A program made the translations under genes and the position numbers. DNA of 57,075 nucleotides from Persephonella sp. (GTDB lineage Bacteria; Aquificota; Aquificia; Aquificales; Hydrogenothermaceae): the NCBI GenBank assembly GCA_027030485.1, contig JALVEY010000163.1, positions 1-57,075 of the forward strand, read 5' to 3'. Shown here in pieces: positions 1-8,139 of the stretch (positions within the stretch are counted from its first letter, which is position 1; each line of letters opens with the position of its first letter). The notes under the pieces are model-generated. The model was not told where the DNA came from. It worked only from the letters and a program-made list of their open reading frames with translations, and did not search any database.

Positions 1-51
1 AGACAATCTCTATATTTCAAGAATATAAAATCAGAAGGAATATATCTGTGA
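1..51 (+). CDS. 3' end of a probable minimal nucleotidyltransferase (MNT) antitoxin, partial
   Basis: Frame 1 reads RQSLYFKNIKSEGIYL*, resembling the F.NI..EGI.L C-terminus of MNT proteins. Its TGA overlaps the GTG of the HEPN-like ORF (GTGA). Confidence 0.5.
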   Translation, partial: RQSLYFKNIKSEGIYL

Positions 52-242
52 AAAAAGAGATTGTAAATCATTGGATAGAAAAAGCATATAGAACTTTAGA
101 TAGTGCAAAATATAACTTTCAAGGTGAATATCTTGAAACAACTTTAGACAGATTATATTATTCTGCTTGTGGCAAGTTGTTAAGGCAGCCCTTATTATCC
201 CTGTTCTGGGTAAGTCTTTATCAAGGAACTTATCTCCCTTGA
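48..242 (+). pseudogene. Truncated HEPN-domain protein
   Basis: The first ~41 aa (WIEKAYRTLDSAKYNFQGEYLETTLDRLYYSA) match the HEPN N-terminal pattern. Similarity stops near nt 170 and no Rx4-6H motif follows. Confidence 0.6.
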
Positions 243-385
243 AGAGTATAATGATTTCAGGGGATTGGGACAGGGTAGTGAAGAGGTTAGCTCCTGTTTC
301 TTGGGACAGGGGCTATGGTGTGGATAAATACCGCCAGCTGGGGACATATCCACACCTGAAAAAGGCGGAATACAAATACTCCAGC
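176..385 (+). ncRNA. Putative structured RNA or non-coding mobile element of unknown family
   Basis: Hand-folded helices: 199-208/266-275, 209-215/228-234, 235-244/255-264, 288-299/304-315 (CUUG loop), 317-326/347-356, and possible pseudoknot 331-335/364-368. Many G-U pairs work on the + strand. Confidence 0.5.
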
Positions 386-415
386 CCAAAGTGTAATTAG
401 TTCTTTACACTTTGG
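386..415. repeat. Perfect 11-bp inverted repeat with 8-bp spacer
   Basis: ccaaagtgtaa-ttagttct-ttacactttgg. Confidence 0.85.
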
Positions 416-427
416 TTTACCAGGAAG

Positions 428-1828
428 ATGGAGGAAATCACAGTTATAATTCACGGGTGGAGCGACTGCTCCGAGTCATTTGTCAGAATGAAGCAGTTTC
501 TAATCGACAACGGAATGGGAACTGTAGAAACTATCTACTACGCAGATTACGAGTCAAGAGAAGACAACATTACCTATGAAGATGTTATTGACGGTCTTTA
601 CGACAGATTTAAAGAAAAAGGGTTTATTGACAGAGACGGAAATCCTCTGAAAAACCTGAATGTGATAGTTCACTCAACAGGAGGACTCGTTATAAGACAT
701 TTCATAGCAGAATACTACAGCCACAGGATAGACAAATGCCCAGTTAAAAAAATCATAATGCTTGCTCCGGCAAACTTCGGATCACCCCTTGCACATTACG
801 GAAAATCCCTTCTCGGTATGCTTTTCAAAGGAAGGTACAAATTCGGTGATATGTTTGAGGTTGGAAGAAAACTGCTGAACGGTCTTGAACTTGCAAGCCC
901 TTACCAGTGGAAGTTAGCCCACAGGGACATACTTATAAAAGAGCCTTACTACAACCCTGAGCAGATACAGACATTTATCTTTGTTGGGGCAAAAGGTTAT
1001 GGAGGTCTTAGAAAGTTTGTGAATAAAAAAGGAACAGACGGAACTGTGGTTGTTTCAGGAACAAATCTTAACTCTGTTAAGTTTTCTGTAAACTTTGCAG
1101 GAGAAGAAGAAAAAATCTCCTTTGTTTATCCAAAAACAGATACAGCCTTCTGTGTTTTAAAAAACTACGATCACGGCTCAATAGTTGAGGATGTTAGACC
1201 TGATAAAACAAGCAGGATAGGACAGCTTCTTCTTGAGGCATTAAGGGTAAAAACACCTCAGGACTTTAAAGATCTTAAAGAAAAACTGAAGACCATAACA
1301 CAGGAAACCTACAGAGATAAGGAGATATACCAGCAGTTTTTTATCCGCACAGTTGACGACCACAGAATGCCTGTTAAGGACTACACCCTTGAGTTTTTTG
1401 TTTATAGATACAAAGACAGGTATGTAACAAAAGGGGAAGTAATTAAAAAAAGAATGTCAAACAAAGAGATAGAATGGAGTCAGAAAGTTCACAGCTACAT
1501 AACAGATGAGTTCCACAACAACCTTACAGACCCAAGCTACAGAAGATTTTTAGTGGGGCTAAAAGGTTTAAGAAAGCTGCTGAAAGAATGCTATCAGGAT
1601 ATTGGAGATGTTATACTGAGTGTGAAGATACATATTCCAAAGGTTGATGAAGGGATATATTACGACACAAAAAAGCTGAAAAATATTTTCCTTCTGAGGA
1701 CGGAAAATGGAGAGATAATTGAGGGTAAACCTTCTTTATTCTATCCTAATACAACCACCCTTATGGAACTAATGGTGAACAGATCAACAAAATATGTGTC
1801 TGTAAGCCTGACTCCGAAAAAGCATTGA
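428..1828 (+). CDS. Alpha/beta-fold hydrolase (lipase/esterase-like) with C-terminal extension
   Basis: HGWSD oxyanion region, IVHSTGG nucleophile elbow, APANFGS, DGTV and DHG motifs; 466 aa. Confidence 0.75.
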   Translation: MEEITVIIHGWSDCSESFVRMKQFLIDNGMGTVETIYYADYESREDNITYEDVIDGLYDRFKEKGFIDRDGNPLKNLNVIVHSTGGLVIRHFIAEYYSHRIDKCPVKKIIMLAPANFGSPLAHYGKSLLGMLFKGRYKFGDMFEVGRKLLNGLELASPYQWKLAHRDILIKEPYYNPEQIQTFIFVGAKGYGGLRKFVNKKGTDGTVVVSGTNLNSVKFSVNFAGEEEKISFVYPKTDTAFCVLKNYDHGSIVEDVRPDKTSRIGQLLLEALRVKTPQDFKDLKEKLKTITQETYRDKEIYQQFFIRTVDDHRMPVKDYTLEFFVYRYKDRYVTKGEVIKKRMSNKEIEWSQKVHSYITDEFHNNLTDPSYRRFLVGLKGLRKLLKECYQDIGDVILSVKIHIPKVDEGIYYDTKKLKNIFLLRTENGEIIEGKPSLFYPNTTTLMELMVNRSTKYVSVSLTPKKH

Positions 1829-1853
1829 CAGGCTAATTAATAACTATTACTAT
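1825..1853 (+). promoter_or_regulatory. Sigma70-type promoter for bfr
   Basis: TTGACA (1825-1830), 17-bp spacer, TACTAT (1848-1853); AGGAGG RBS follows. Confidence 0.6.
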
Positions 1854-1876
1854 TTAATAAAAACAGGAGGAAGATA

Positions 1877-2383
1877 ATGAACAGAGAAAGATCTGTAGAA
1901 CTGCTGAACAAAGCAATATCAGAGGAGCTTACAGCGATACACCAGTATATGTATTTCCATTTTGTTCTTGATGATCTTGGTTATGATCTTTTAGCTTCCA
2001 TATTCAAAAAAACAGCCATAGACGAGATGCTTCACACAGAAAGGTTTGCAGAGAGGATACTGTTTTTAGGCGGTGAGATTGAGATGAAACCTGCAAAAGA
2101 TATAGAGCATATCAGGGATCCGGAAAAAATGCTTGAATGGGCTATGAAAGCAGAAGAAGAGGCTGTTGATATGTACAATGAGTTTGCTGTTGAGGCTACT
2201 AACAACAGAGATGCAGGAACCAAGCAGATATTTGAGGCTGTGATAATGGATGAAGAAAGACATTACGACATGTTTAACATAGAGTATGAAAACCTCAAAA
2301 AATTCGGAACAGAGTATCTTTCACAGCAGGCTATGGAAAGAAGTAAAAGAATGGGCTCAACGGGAGGTCAGTCACAGCAGTGA
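1877..2383 (+). CDS. bfr: Bacterioferritin
   Basis: ELTAIHQY, DEMLH and DEERH ferroxidase ligands with the heme Met; RILFLGG. Confidence 0.9.
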   Translation: MNRERSVELLNKAISEELTAIHQYMYFHFVLDDLGYDLLASIFKKTAIDEMLHTERFAERILFLGGEIEMKPAKDIEHIRDPEKMLEWAMKAEEEAVDMYNEFAVEATNNRDAGTKQIFEAVIMDEERHYDMFNIEYENLKKFGTEYLSQQAMERSKRMGSTGGQSQQ

Positions 2384-2983
2384 TCAAAACTTAGATATGC
2401 CGTCTTTTATGAGAACAAAACCAAAAACAATAAACAAAACCCCGATAAAACGGAGCAGGTAGATGTAATACCTGCTCTCTATAAACCTTTTTAGCCTCTG
2501 GGTAAAAACAGCTATCAAGATCATACTTCCTGTAATCCCGATAAAAAAGAAAATTGTAAATAAAGTCCCTCCCACAACGCCTGCATTACTGACGTAAGGA
2601 GCTCCTATAAAAAACCAGAACAGATAGGTGTACGGGTTCAGAATGTTAAGGATAACACCTTTTTTCAACGATCCAGTTAGATCAGTTTCTATATGCAGCT
2701 TTTTTAGTTTTATATTTTTATAACCCAGATAAAACAGAACAAAAGCACCAATAAAATAAACCACAGAAAGCAGGTGCTGAACCTCTTTTATCCTGTCAAG
2801 TATAAGCAGGGAAACAATCAGGATAGGAATGTCCGTTATAATCGGGGAGATAGAAACCAGAATGCCGTTTTTTTTGTGTCCTTTCAGTGTTTCTGATATA
2901 AGCAGTGCCATTAAAGGACCTGGGGATAATCCGGCAGCAACACCAAAAACAAACCCTGTAAAAATATCCTGAATAATCATCAC
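2384..2983 (-). CDS. LysE family translocator
   Basis: GLSPGP N-terminal motif, NILNPY motif, ~6 TM segments. Confidence 0.85.
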   Translation of the reverse strand: MMIIQDIFTGFVFGVAAGLSPGPLMALLISETLKGHKKNGILVSISPIITDIPILIVSLLILDRIKEVQHLLSVVYFIGAFVLFYLGYKNIKLKKLHIETDLTGSLKKGVILNILNPYTYLFWFFIGAPYVSNAGVVGGTLFTIFFFIGITGSMILIAVFTQRLKRFIESRYYIYLLRFIGVLFIVFGFVLIKDGISKF

Positions 2984-3606
2984 CCAGTATTGAATGCCCT
3001 GTCTCCGGCATCTCCTATTCCAGGAATTATGTATCCTTTGTCGTTTAACTTCTCGTCTATCTGTGCTATATAAACCTGAACATCAGGATGTTTCTCGGAT
3101 ATCCTTTTTAGACCTTCAGGAGCTCCTATAACATTGAGGGAAATTATCCTTTCAGGATTTTTCTCTTTAACCACATTTATAGCATAATCAAGAGATCCGC
3201 CTGTGGCAACCATAGGATCAAGGATAACAGCTGTTTTGCCTTTAAGAGGAGGAACCCTGTCGTAATACAGAACGCTCTCAAGTGTTTCTTCATTTCTCTT
3301 TATTGCAAGAAATCCTGATTTTGCCAGAGGTATCATCTCAAGAACACCGTCAAGCATTGGAAGACCAGCCCTTAATATCGGGATAAAAACATATTTTTCC
3401 TCTTCTAAGACGGGAAAACTTCTTTTTCCTATCCATATCTCTAACTCTTTTTCCTTCATTTTTTCGTTTTTTAAAGCCTCAACAAGCAAAATCCTCCCAA
3501 CTTCAGACAGATACTTTCTAAAGTCATAGGAATTAGTATAAATGCTCCTCAGTTTTGAAACGAGATTTGTTAGTAGAGGGTGTTTGACATTTATAATATT
3601 TTCCAT
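2980..3606 (-). CDS. upp: Uracil phosphoribosyltransferase
   Basis: PILRAGL, LDPMVATGGS and GYIIPGIGDAGDR motifs. Start placed at the second Met (ORF track starts at 3624). Confidence 0.95.
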   Translation of the reverse strand: MENIINVKHPLLTNLVSKLRSIYTNSYDFRKYLSEVGRILLVEALKNEKMKEKELEIWIGKRSFPVLEEEKYVFIPILRAGLPMLDGVLEMIPLAKSGFLAIKRNEETLESVLYYDRVPPLKGKTAVILDPMVATGGSLDYAINVVKEKNPERIISLNVIGAPEGLKRISEKHPDVQVYIAQIDEKLNDKGYIIPGIGDAGDRAFNTG

Positions 3607-3666
3607 TTTTGTATCCTTTTGCATATATTATATTGACCTGTATATTTTAACATTAAGGGGGTCTGC

Positions 3667-4452
3667 ATGGAAAAAAAGGTCTGCAAAAAAGAAGGGGAAA
3701 ATTTTCAGAAACTTGTTGATATTGTGGCGAAGCTCAGAAAGGAGTGTCCATGGGATAGGGAGCAGACAAGCCAGTCAATAAAAAATAATCTTATAGAGGA
3801 AGCATACGAGCTTTTTGAGGCTATAGAAAAAAATGACGAAAAAGCGATGTTAGAGGAGTTAGGTGATCTTCTTCTACAGGTTGTTTTCCATTCCCAGATA
3901 AAAAAAGATGAAGGCAGATTTGATATAAATGATGTTATTCAAAGCCTTATAAAAAAACTGATCAGAAGACACCCACATGTTTTTGGTGATGCCCAGTATG
4001 AACAGCTTGAAGGGGAAGACCACCTTAAGAAGTGGGAAGCTATAAAACAAAAAGAGAAAAAAAGGGAATCTATACTTGAAGGAATACCGGAAAGAATGCC
4101 GGCTTTGATGAGAGCCGTAAAAGTTCAGAAGAGAATGGCAAAGGTCGGTTTTGACTGGGAAAATCCTGATCAGGTAATGGAGAAAGTAGAAGAAGAGATT
4201 GAAGAACTAAAGCAGGCGAAAACTAAAGAGGAGATAAAGCATGAGATAGGTGATGTTTTGATCGCTGTTACAAATCTTGCGAGGGCTTACGGGATAGACC
4301 CTGAAGAAGCTCTCCACAGATCTATAGACAGGAGTATAAAGAGGTTTCAGTATATAGAAAAAAAGGCAAAGGAAAAAAATGAAGATATCAAGGAGATGGA
4401 CTTAAATGATATGGAATACTACTGGCAGGAAGCCAAAAGCAAAGGATTATAA
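3667..4452 (+). CDS. mazG: Nucleoside triphosphate pyrophosphohydrolase MazG
   Basis: CPWDREQT, EEAYE, EELGDLLLQVVFH, RRHPHVF; tandem MazG domains. Confidence 0.95.
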   Translation: MEKKVCKKEGENFQKLVDIVAKLRKECPWDREQTSQSIKNNLIEEAYELFEAIEKNDEKAMLEELGDLLLQVVFHSQIKKDEGRFDINDVIQSLIKKLIRRHPHVFGDAQYEQLEGEDHLKKWEAIKQKEKKRESILEGIPERMPALMRAVKVQKRMAKVGFDWENPDQVMEKVEEEIEELKQAKTKEEIKHEIGDVLIAVTNLARAYGIDPEEALHRSIDRSIKRFQYIEKKAKEKNEDIKEMDLNDMEYYWQEAKSKGL

Positions 4453-5281
4453 ACTGCACTCAAAGTTTATACTTGATGAGCATTCTCTTATATACAGGGA
4501 GATAAGATTTGCCCTGAGCCACGGTTATGATTTTATAGCAAATTTAGGGCACTCAACATTTCTGGTTTCATATCAGGGGATAAGATTTTTGACAGACCCG
4601 TTTTTGAGCCCTCACATATTCGGCATAAGAAGACAAAAACCAGCTTTAAGACCTGATCTTATTCCTGAAGTGGATTTTATTCTTATATCCCACGCCCATT
4701 ACGACCATCTTGATATGAGAACACTTAGAAGGCTAAAGAGAAACACAACAATAATAATTCCGGAGAATACAAAACCTGTTTTGGGGAGGATACATTTTAA
4801 GAAAATTGTGGAGCTTAAGCATTATGAGAGTTTTTCTCAAAAAAACTTTGAGGTTGTATCACTTCCTGTAAAACACAACAAAGGAAGGTCCCTGTTATTC
4901 CCGAACACAGAAACCTCAAGCTACATAATTAAAATAAAAGACAGAACATACTATTTTGCAGGGGATACGGCTTATTTTGATGGGTTTAAAAAATACGGAG
5001 AAATGTTCAATGTACATACAGCATTTCTCCCTATAGGAGGGTATGAGCCAACACTTCTTCTGCACAAGGTTCATATGAACCCGTTTGAGGCTGTTCAGGC
5101 TTTTATTGATCTGAACGCAGACTTTGTTGTTCCTATCCATTACGGGACATTTCATACAATACCCAAATTTGTAAAGGTAGAAGCTCCCCTGAAACATTTT
5201 AAAGAGGCTGTAAAATCAAAAAAACTTCAGGAAAAAGCCCTTATAGTAGAACCAAACTCAATAGATATCTGCAATTTTTGA
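4406..5281 (+). CDS. MBL-fold metallo-hydrolase
   Basis: LGHST, TDP, SHAHYDHLD, FAGDT and PIHYGTF motifs. Start uncertain because of a 47-bp overlap with mazG. Confidence 0.85.
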   Translation: MIWNTTGRKPKAKDYKLHSKFILDEHSLIYREIRFALSHGYDFIANLGHSTFLVSYQGIRFLTDPFLSPHIFGIRRQKPALRPDLIPEVDFILISHAHYDHLDMRTLRRLKRNTTIIIPENTKPVLGRIHFKKIVELKHYESFSQKNFEVVSLPVKHNKGRSLLFPNTETSSYIIKIKDRTYYFAGDTAYFDGFKKYGEMFNVHTAFLPIGGYEPTLLLHKVHMNPFEAVQAFIDLNADFVVPIHYGTFHTIPKFVKVEAPLKHFKEAVKSKKLQEKALIVEPNSIDICNF

Positions 5282-5312
5282 ATATTCACGTAAAATTCAT
5301 CTTGGTGTGCTA

Positions 5313-5334
5313 TATTAATAATCAATTATTAATA
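5313..5334. promoter_or_regulatory. Palindromic candidate operator upstream of wecB
   Basis: tattaataat-ca-attattaata, overlapping an extended -10-like TGcTATATT. Confidence 0.35.
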
Positions 5335-5368
5335 AGAAGGTTTTAAATTACAATACAAGGGGGAGAAT

Positions 5369-6574
5369 ATGAAAGTAGCCATTGTTTTTGGAACCCGCCC
5401 CGAATCTATAAAATTAGCTCCAGTTATTGAGGAATTAAAGTATAGATTTGAAACTATAGTTATAAATTCTGGTCAGCATCACAACCTTGTTCAGCAGATA
5501 ATTGATTTTTTTCATATTGATGTGGACTATGATTTAAGAACTTACATAAATAAAGATAGGACTTTACCCCAATTGTCCTCAATGCTTATTGAAAATTTAG
5601 ACAGGGTGTATGCAATGTCAAATCCTGATGTAATCATAGTCCAAGGGGATACAATGACAACTTTTACAGCGGCTTTTGTTGGATTTCTTCATAAAAAACC
5701 TGTTGTCCATATAGAAGCAGGTTTACGAAGTTTTGATAAATTTGCACCATTTCCTGAAGAAATTATGAGAGAAATGGTGGGAAGACTTGCTGATCTACAT
5801 TTTCCACCCACTTATGTGGATAAAATAAATTTACTCAGGGAAAACATAAAACCTGATAGGATATTCTTGGTAGGTAATACAGTTGTTGATGCACTTAAGC
5901 TTGGTAAGTCTCTTTTAGATGAAAAAGAGGTTTTCAGGGAATTAAAACCTTATGGAATATTACCAGAAACATTAAAAAGTAATAATTTAGTTCTTATTAC
6001 ATCCCATAGACGAGAAAATATAGGAGAACCTCTTATAAGAATATGTCAATGTATAAAAGATTTAGCACAGGAATTTAAAGATTTTATATTTGTGTGGTCA
6101 ATACATCCTAATCCTGAGGTTAAAAAGTTAGTAACTAATCATATGGAGAACAAACCAAATAATATATTTATAATCAATCCGGTTTCTTACCAGTCTATGA
6201 TCTATTTACTTGATCATGCGTTTTTGGTGTTAACAGATAGTGGCGGATTACAAGAAGAAAGTGCAAGTATAGGTGTACCGGTACTGGTATTAAGGGATGT
6301 TACTGAAAGATCTGTAGTTATTGATGCGGAAGCCGGATTTTTGGTTGGTAGTGATAAACAAAAAATAAAGGATTACTTTAATAAACTTGTAAGAGATAAG
6401 GATTTTTATAAAGAAGTTTCTGAAAAAGGTAAACACCTGTTTGGTGATGGAACTGCTTCAAAAAGAATAAGAGAACTGTTAGAAAAAGAATCTGTACAGG
6501 AATTTATAAAAAAATATCCATTAACAGAAAAAATGAATTTAGAGCATTTTAGGGAGGGTATTGAAATAATATGA
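5369..6574 (+). CDS. wecB: UDP-N-acetylglucosamine 2-epimerase (non-hydrolysing)
   Basis: FGTRPE, SGQH, VQGDT, HIEAGLRS, PFPEE, TDSGGLQEE and FGDG motifs. Confidence 0.95.
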   Translation: MKVAIVFGTRPESIKLAPVIEELKYRFETIVINSGQHHNLVQQIIDFFHIDVDYDLRTYINKDRTLPQLSSMLIENLDRVYAMSNPDVIIVQGDTMTTFTAAFVGFLHKKPVVHIEAGLRSFDKFAPFPEEIMREMVGRLADLHFPPTYVDKINLLRENIKPDRIFLVGNTVVDALKLGKSLLDEKEVFRELKPYGILPETLKSNNLVLITSHRRENIGEPLIRICQCIKDLAQEFKDFIFVWSIHPNPEVKKLVTNHMENKPNNIFIINPVSYQSMIYLLDHAFLVLTDSGGLQEESASIGVPVLVLRDVTERSVVIDAEAGFLVGSDKQKIKDYFNKLVRDKDFYKEVSEKGKHLFGDGTASKRIRELLEKESVQEFIKKYPLTEKMNLEHFREGIEII

Positions 6575-7353
6575 AAAAAACATTATTAACAATAGCCTCA
6601 TTAGGAATTACAGTGTCAACTTCCTATGCATTATCACCAAAAAGATTAGATGTCAAATATAATTACGAAAGACTTGATCCATATTCTACATACGGAGAAT
6701 GGAATAGTATTGACTTAATGCTTTATGGAAACGGAGGTAGATACTGGACACCGTTTATAGGTGGAAGTATTATGGACAGGAAGGTTGAAGGTAGTGCAAC
6801 TTTAGGAGTAATAGGTTCTTATAAAGACTGGACACAGTGGCTTTATACATATTCAGCATTATCTTTTGGAACAAATTCAGAGTACTTACCAAAGTACCGA
6901 CTTGATCATGAATTTAATTTCAAATTAGGGGCTGAAAAACAGTACGTCGTTTCAGTTTCAGGAACATATATGAAATATTGGAATGTACATAAGGATATAG
7001 TTTTATCCCTTGGTGGTAGTATTTATCGGGGTAAGTTTGTGGGAATATTCAGGTACTTTCATAATATAAGTAAACCGGGAAATATTCATTCTACGTCATA
7101 TCTGATAAGTTTAGAGTATGGTGCAGAAAAAGATCATTGGACATATATAAATTTTTCATGGGGAAAGCAGGCATATCTCGCTACCTATTTGAGTAATCCT
7201 GAAGAAATAAGACAAAATGCTACAATAATTGGGATAGGGCATAGACACTGGTTGAACAATAATTTTGGGCTGATAGGTGAACTTGAATATATGAGGCTTG
7301 AAGATTCTTATAACAAATACAAGATATCTGGAGGTTTTTTTGTAGATTTTTAG
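6571..7353 (+). CDS. YaiO-family outer-membrane beta-barrel protein
   Basis: Signal peptide, alternating aromatic beta-strands, YLPKYRLD motif, C-terminal Phe (FFVDF); sits next to a GT2 gene. Confidence 0.7.
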   Translation: MKKTLLTIASLGITVSTSYALSPKRLDVKYNYERLDPYSTYGEWNSIDLMLYGNGGRYWTPFIGGSIMDRKVEGSATLGVIGSYKDWTQWLYTYSALSFGTNSEYLPKYRLDHEFNFKLGAEKQYVVSVSGTYMKYWNVHKDIVLSLGGSIYRGKFVGIFRYFHNISKPGNIHSTSYLISLEYGAEKDHWTYINFSWGKQAYLATYLSNPEEIRQNATIIGIGHRHWLNNNFGLIGELEYMRLEDSYNKYKISGGFFVDF

Positions 7354-7356
7354 GCT

Positions 7357-8139
7357 ATGAGAAGAGAAGATGATATTAAAGAAAAGATCATACCCCACAG
7401 GGCATATAGGATAATAAAGCTTGATAAATTTGAACTGATTGGTAGTTTTACAGTTATATTCTTAATTTTTATGGTTGTGATCTCTTTTTTTCCGTACATA
7501 TTAGAAAACGGTATAGGGTACTGTAAGCAATTTTTAGATACGATTTATGTTGATGCTGTATTTGATATCAGTCGTAAAGATCTTTTTGTGTTTAGTATTC
7601 CTTATATAGAAACGTATGGAAAGTATCCAACAATAGATTTTGCAATTCTAACATTAATTGTCTCCCTTGTGTTATCTATTATTTTCTTTAAAACTAAATA
7701 TTTGAAGAATATATTTTTGACCTTATCTGTACTTACTTTTATTAATGCTTTATCTGCGCTTTACTTTATTCTTTTTGCTGAATATTTCCCCTATAGTCTG
7801 CCAACATTCTCTTATCTATTTATAAGCACAGCTGTAATTAACTGGATAGTTCTTATGTTTGTATTTGGTCTCCTTGTTTCGCCTCTTCCAACTAATATCC
7901 TTTTAAAAATTTTTGTTTATCTTCTTATAAGTCTTTCTGTTATAGTTCTGGGATTTTTAAAGTATCTACTGGTTATTATTGTGGTAAAAGAGTACTCTTT
8001 TATTTTTATGCCTGTGTTGTTTTTAGGATTTGGCATAATTGTAGATTACATATATGCTGTAATGTTTTATGGATACTTTATGAGCTTTATTACTAAAAGT
8101 TTGTTAAAGAAAAGGGAAGAATGGCGATGGGTGGAATAA
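7357..8139 (+). CDS. Polytopic membrane protein of unknown function
   Basis: About six hydrophobic segments; its stop overlaps the GT2 start. Confidence 0.7.
   Translation: MRREDDIKEKIIPHRAYRIIKLDKFELIGSFTVIFLIFMVVISFFPYILENGIGYCKQFLDTIYVDAVFDISRKDLFVFSIPYIETYGKYPTIDFAILTLIVSLVLSIIFFKTKYLKNIFLTLSVLTFINALSALYFILFAEYFPYSLPTFSYLFISTAVINWIVLMFVFGLLVSPLPTNILLKIFVYLLISLSVIVLGFLKYLLVIIVVKEYSFIFMPVLFLGFGIIVDYIYAVMFYGYFMSFITKSLLKKREEWRWVE

Noticed and set aside
265-311. Direct repeat ttgggacaggg at 265 and 301 as a mini-CRISPR
   Set aside because: Only two 11-bp copies with a 36-nt period, no cas genes in the window, and each copy serves as a stem strand.
167-400. ORFs 167..400 (+) and 195..389 (-)
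   Set aside because: No clear RBS or recognisable motifs; the region is better explained by base-paired structure, though a gene fragment is not fully excluded.
1831-1860. Fur box upstream of bfr
   Set aside because: AT-rich with only a loose resemblance to GATAATGATAATCATTATC; not distinguishable from background by eye.
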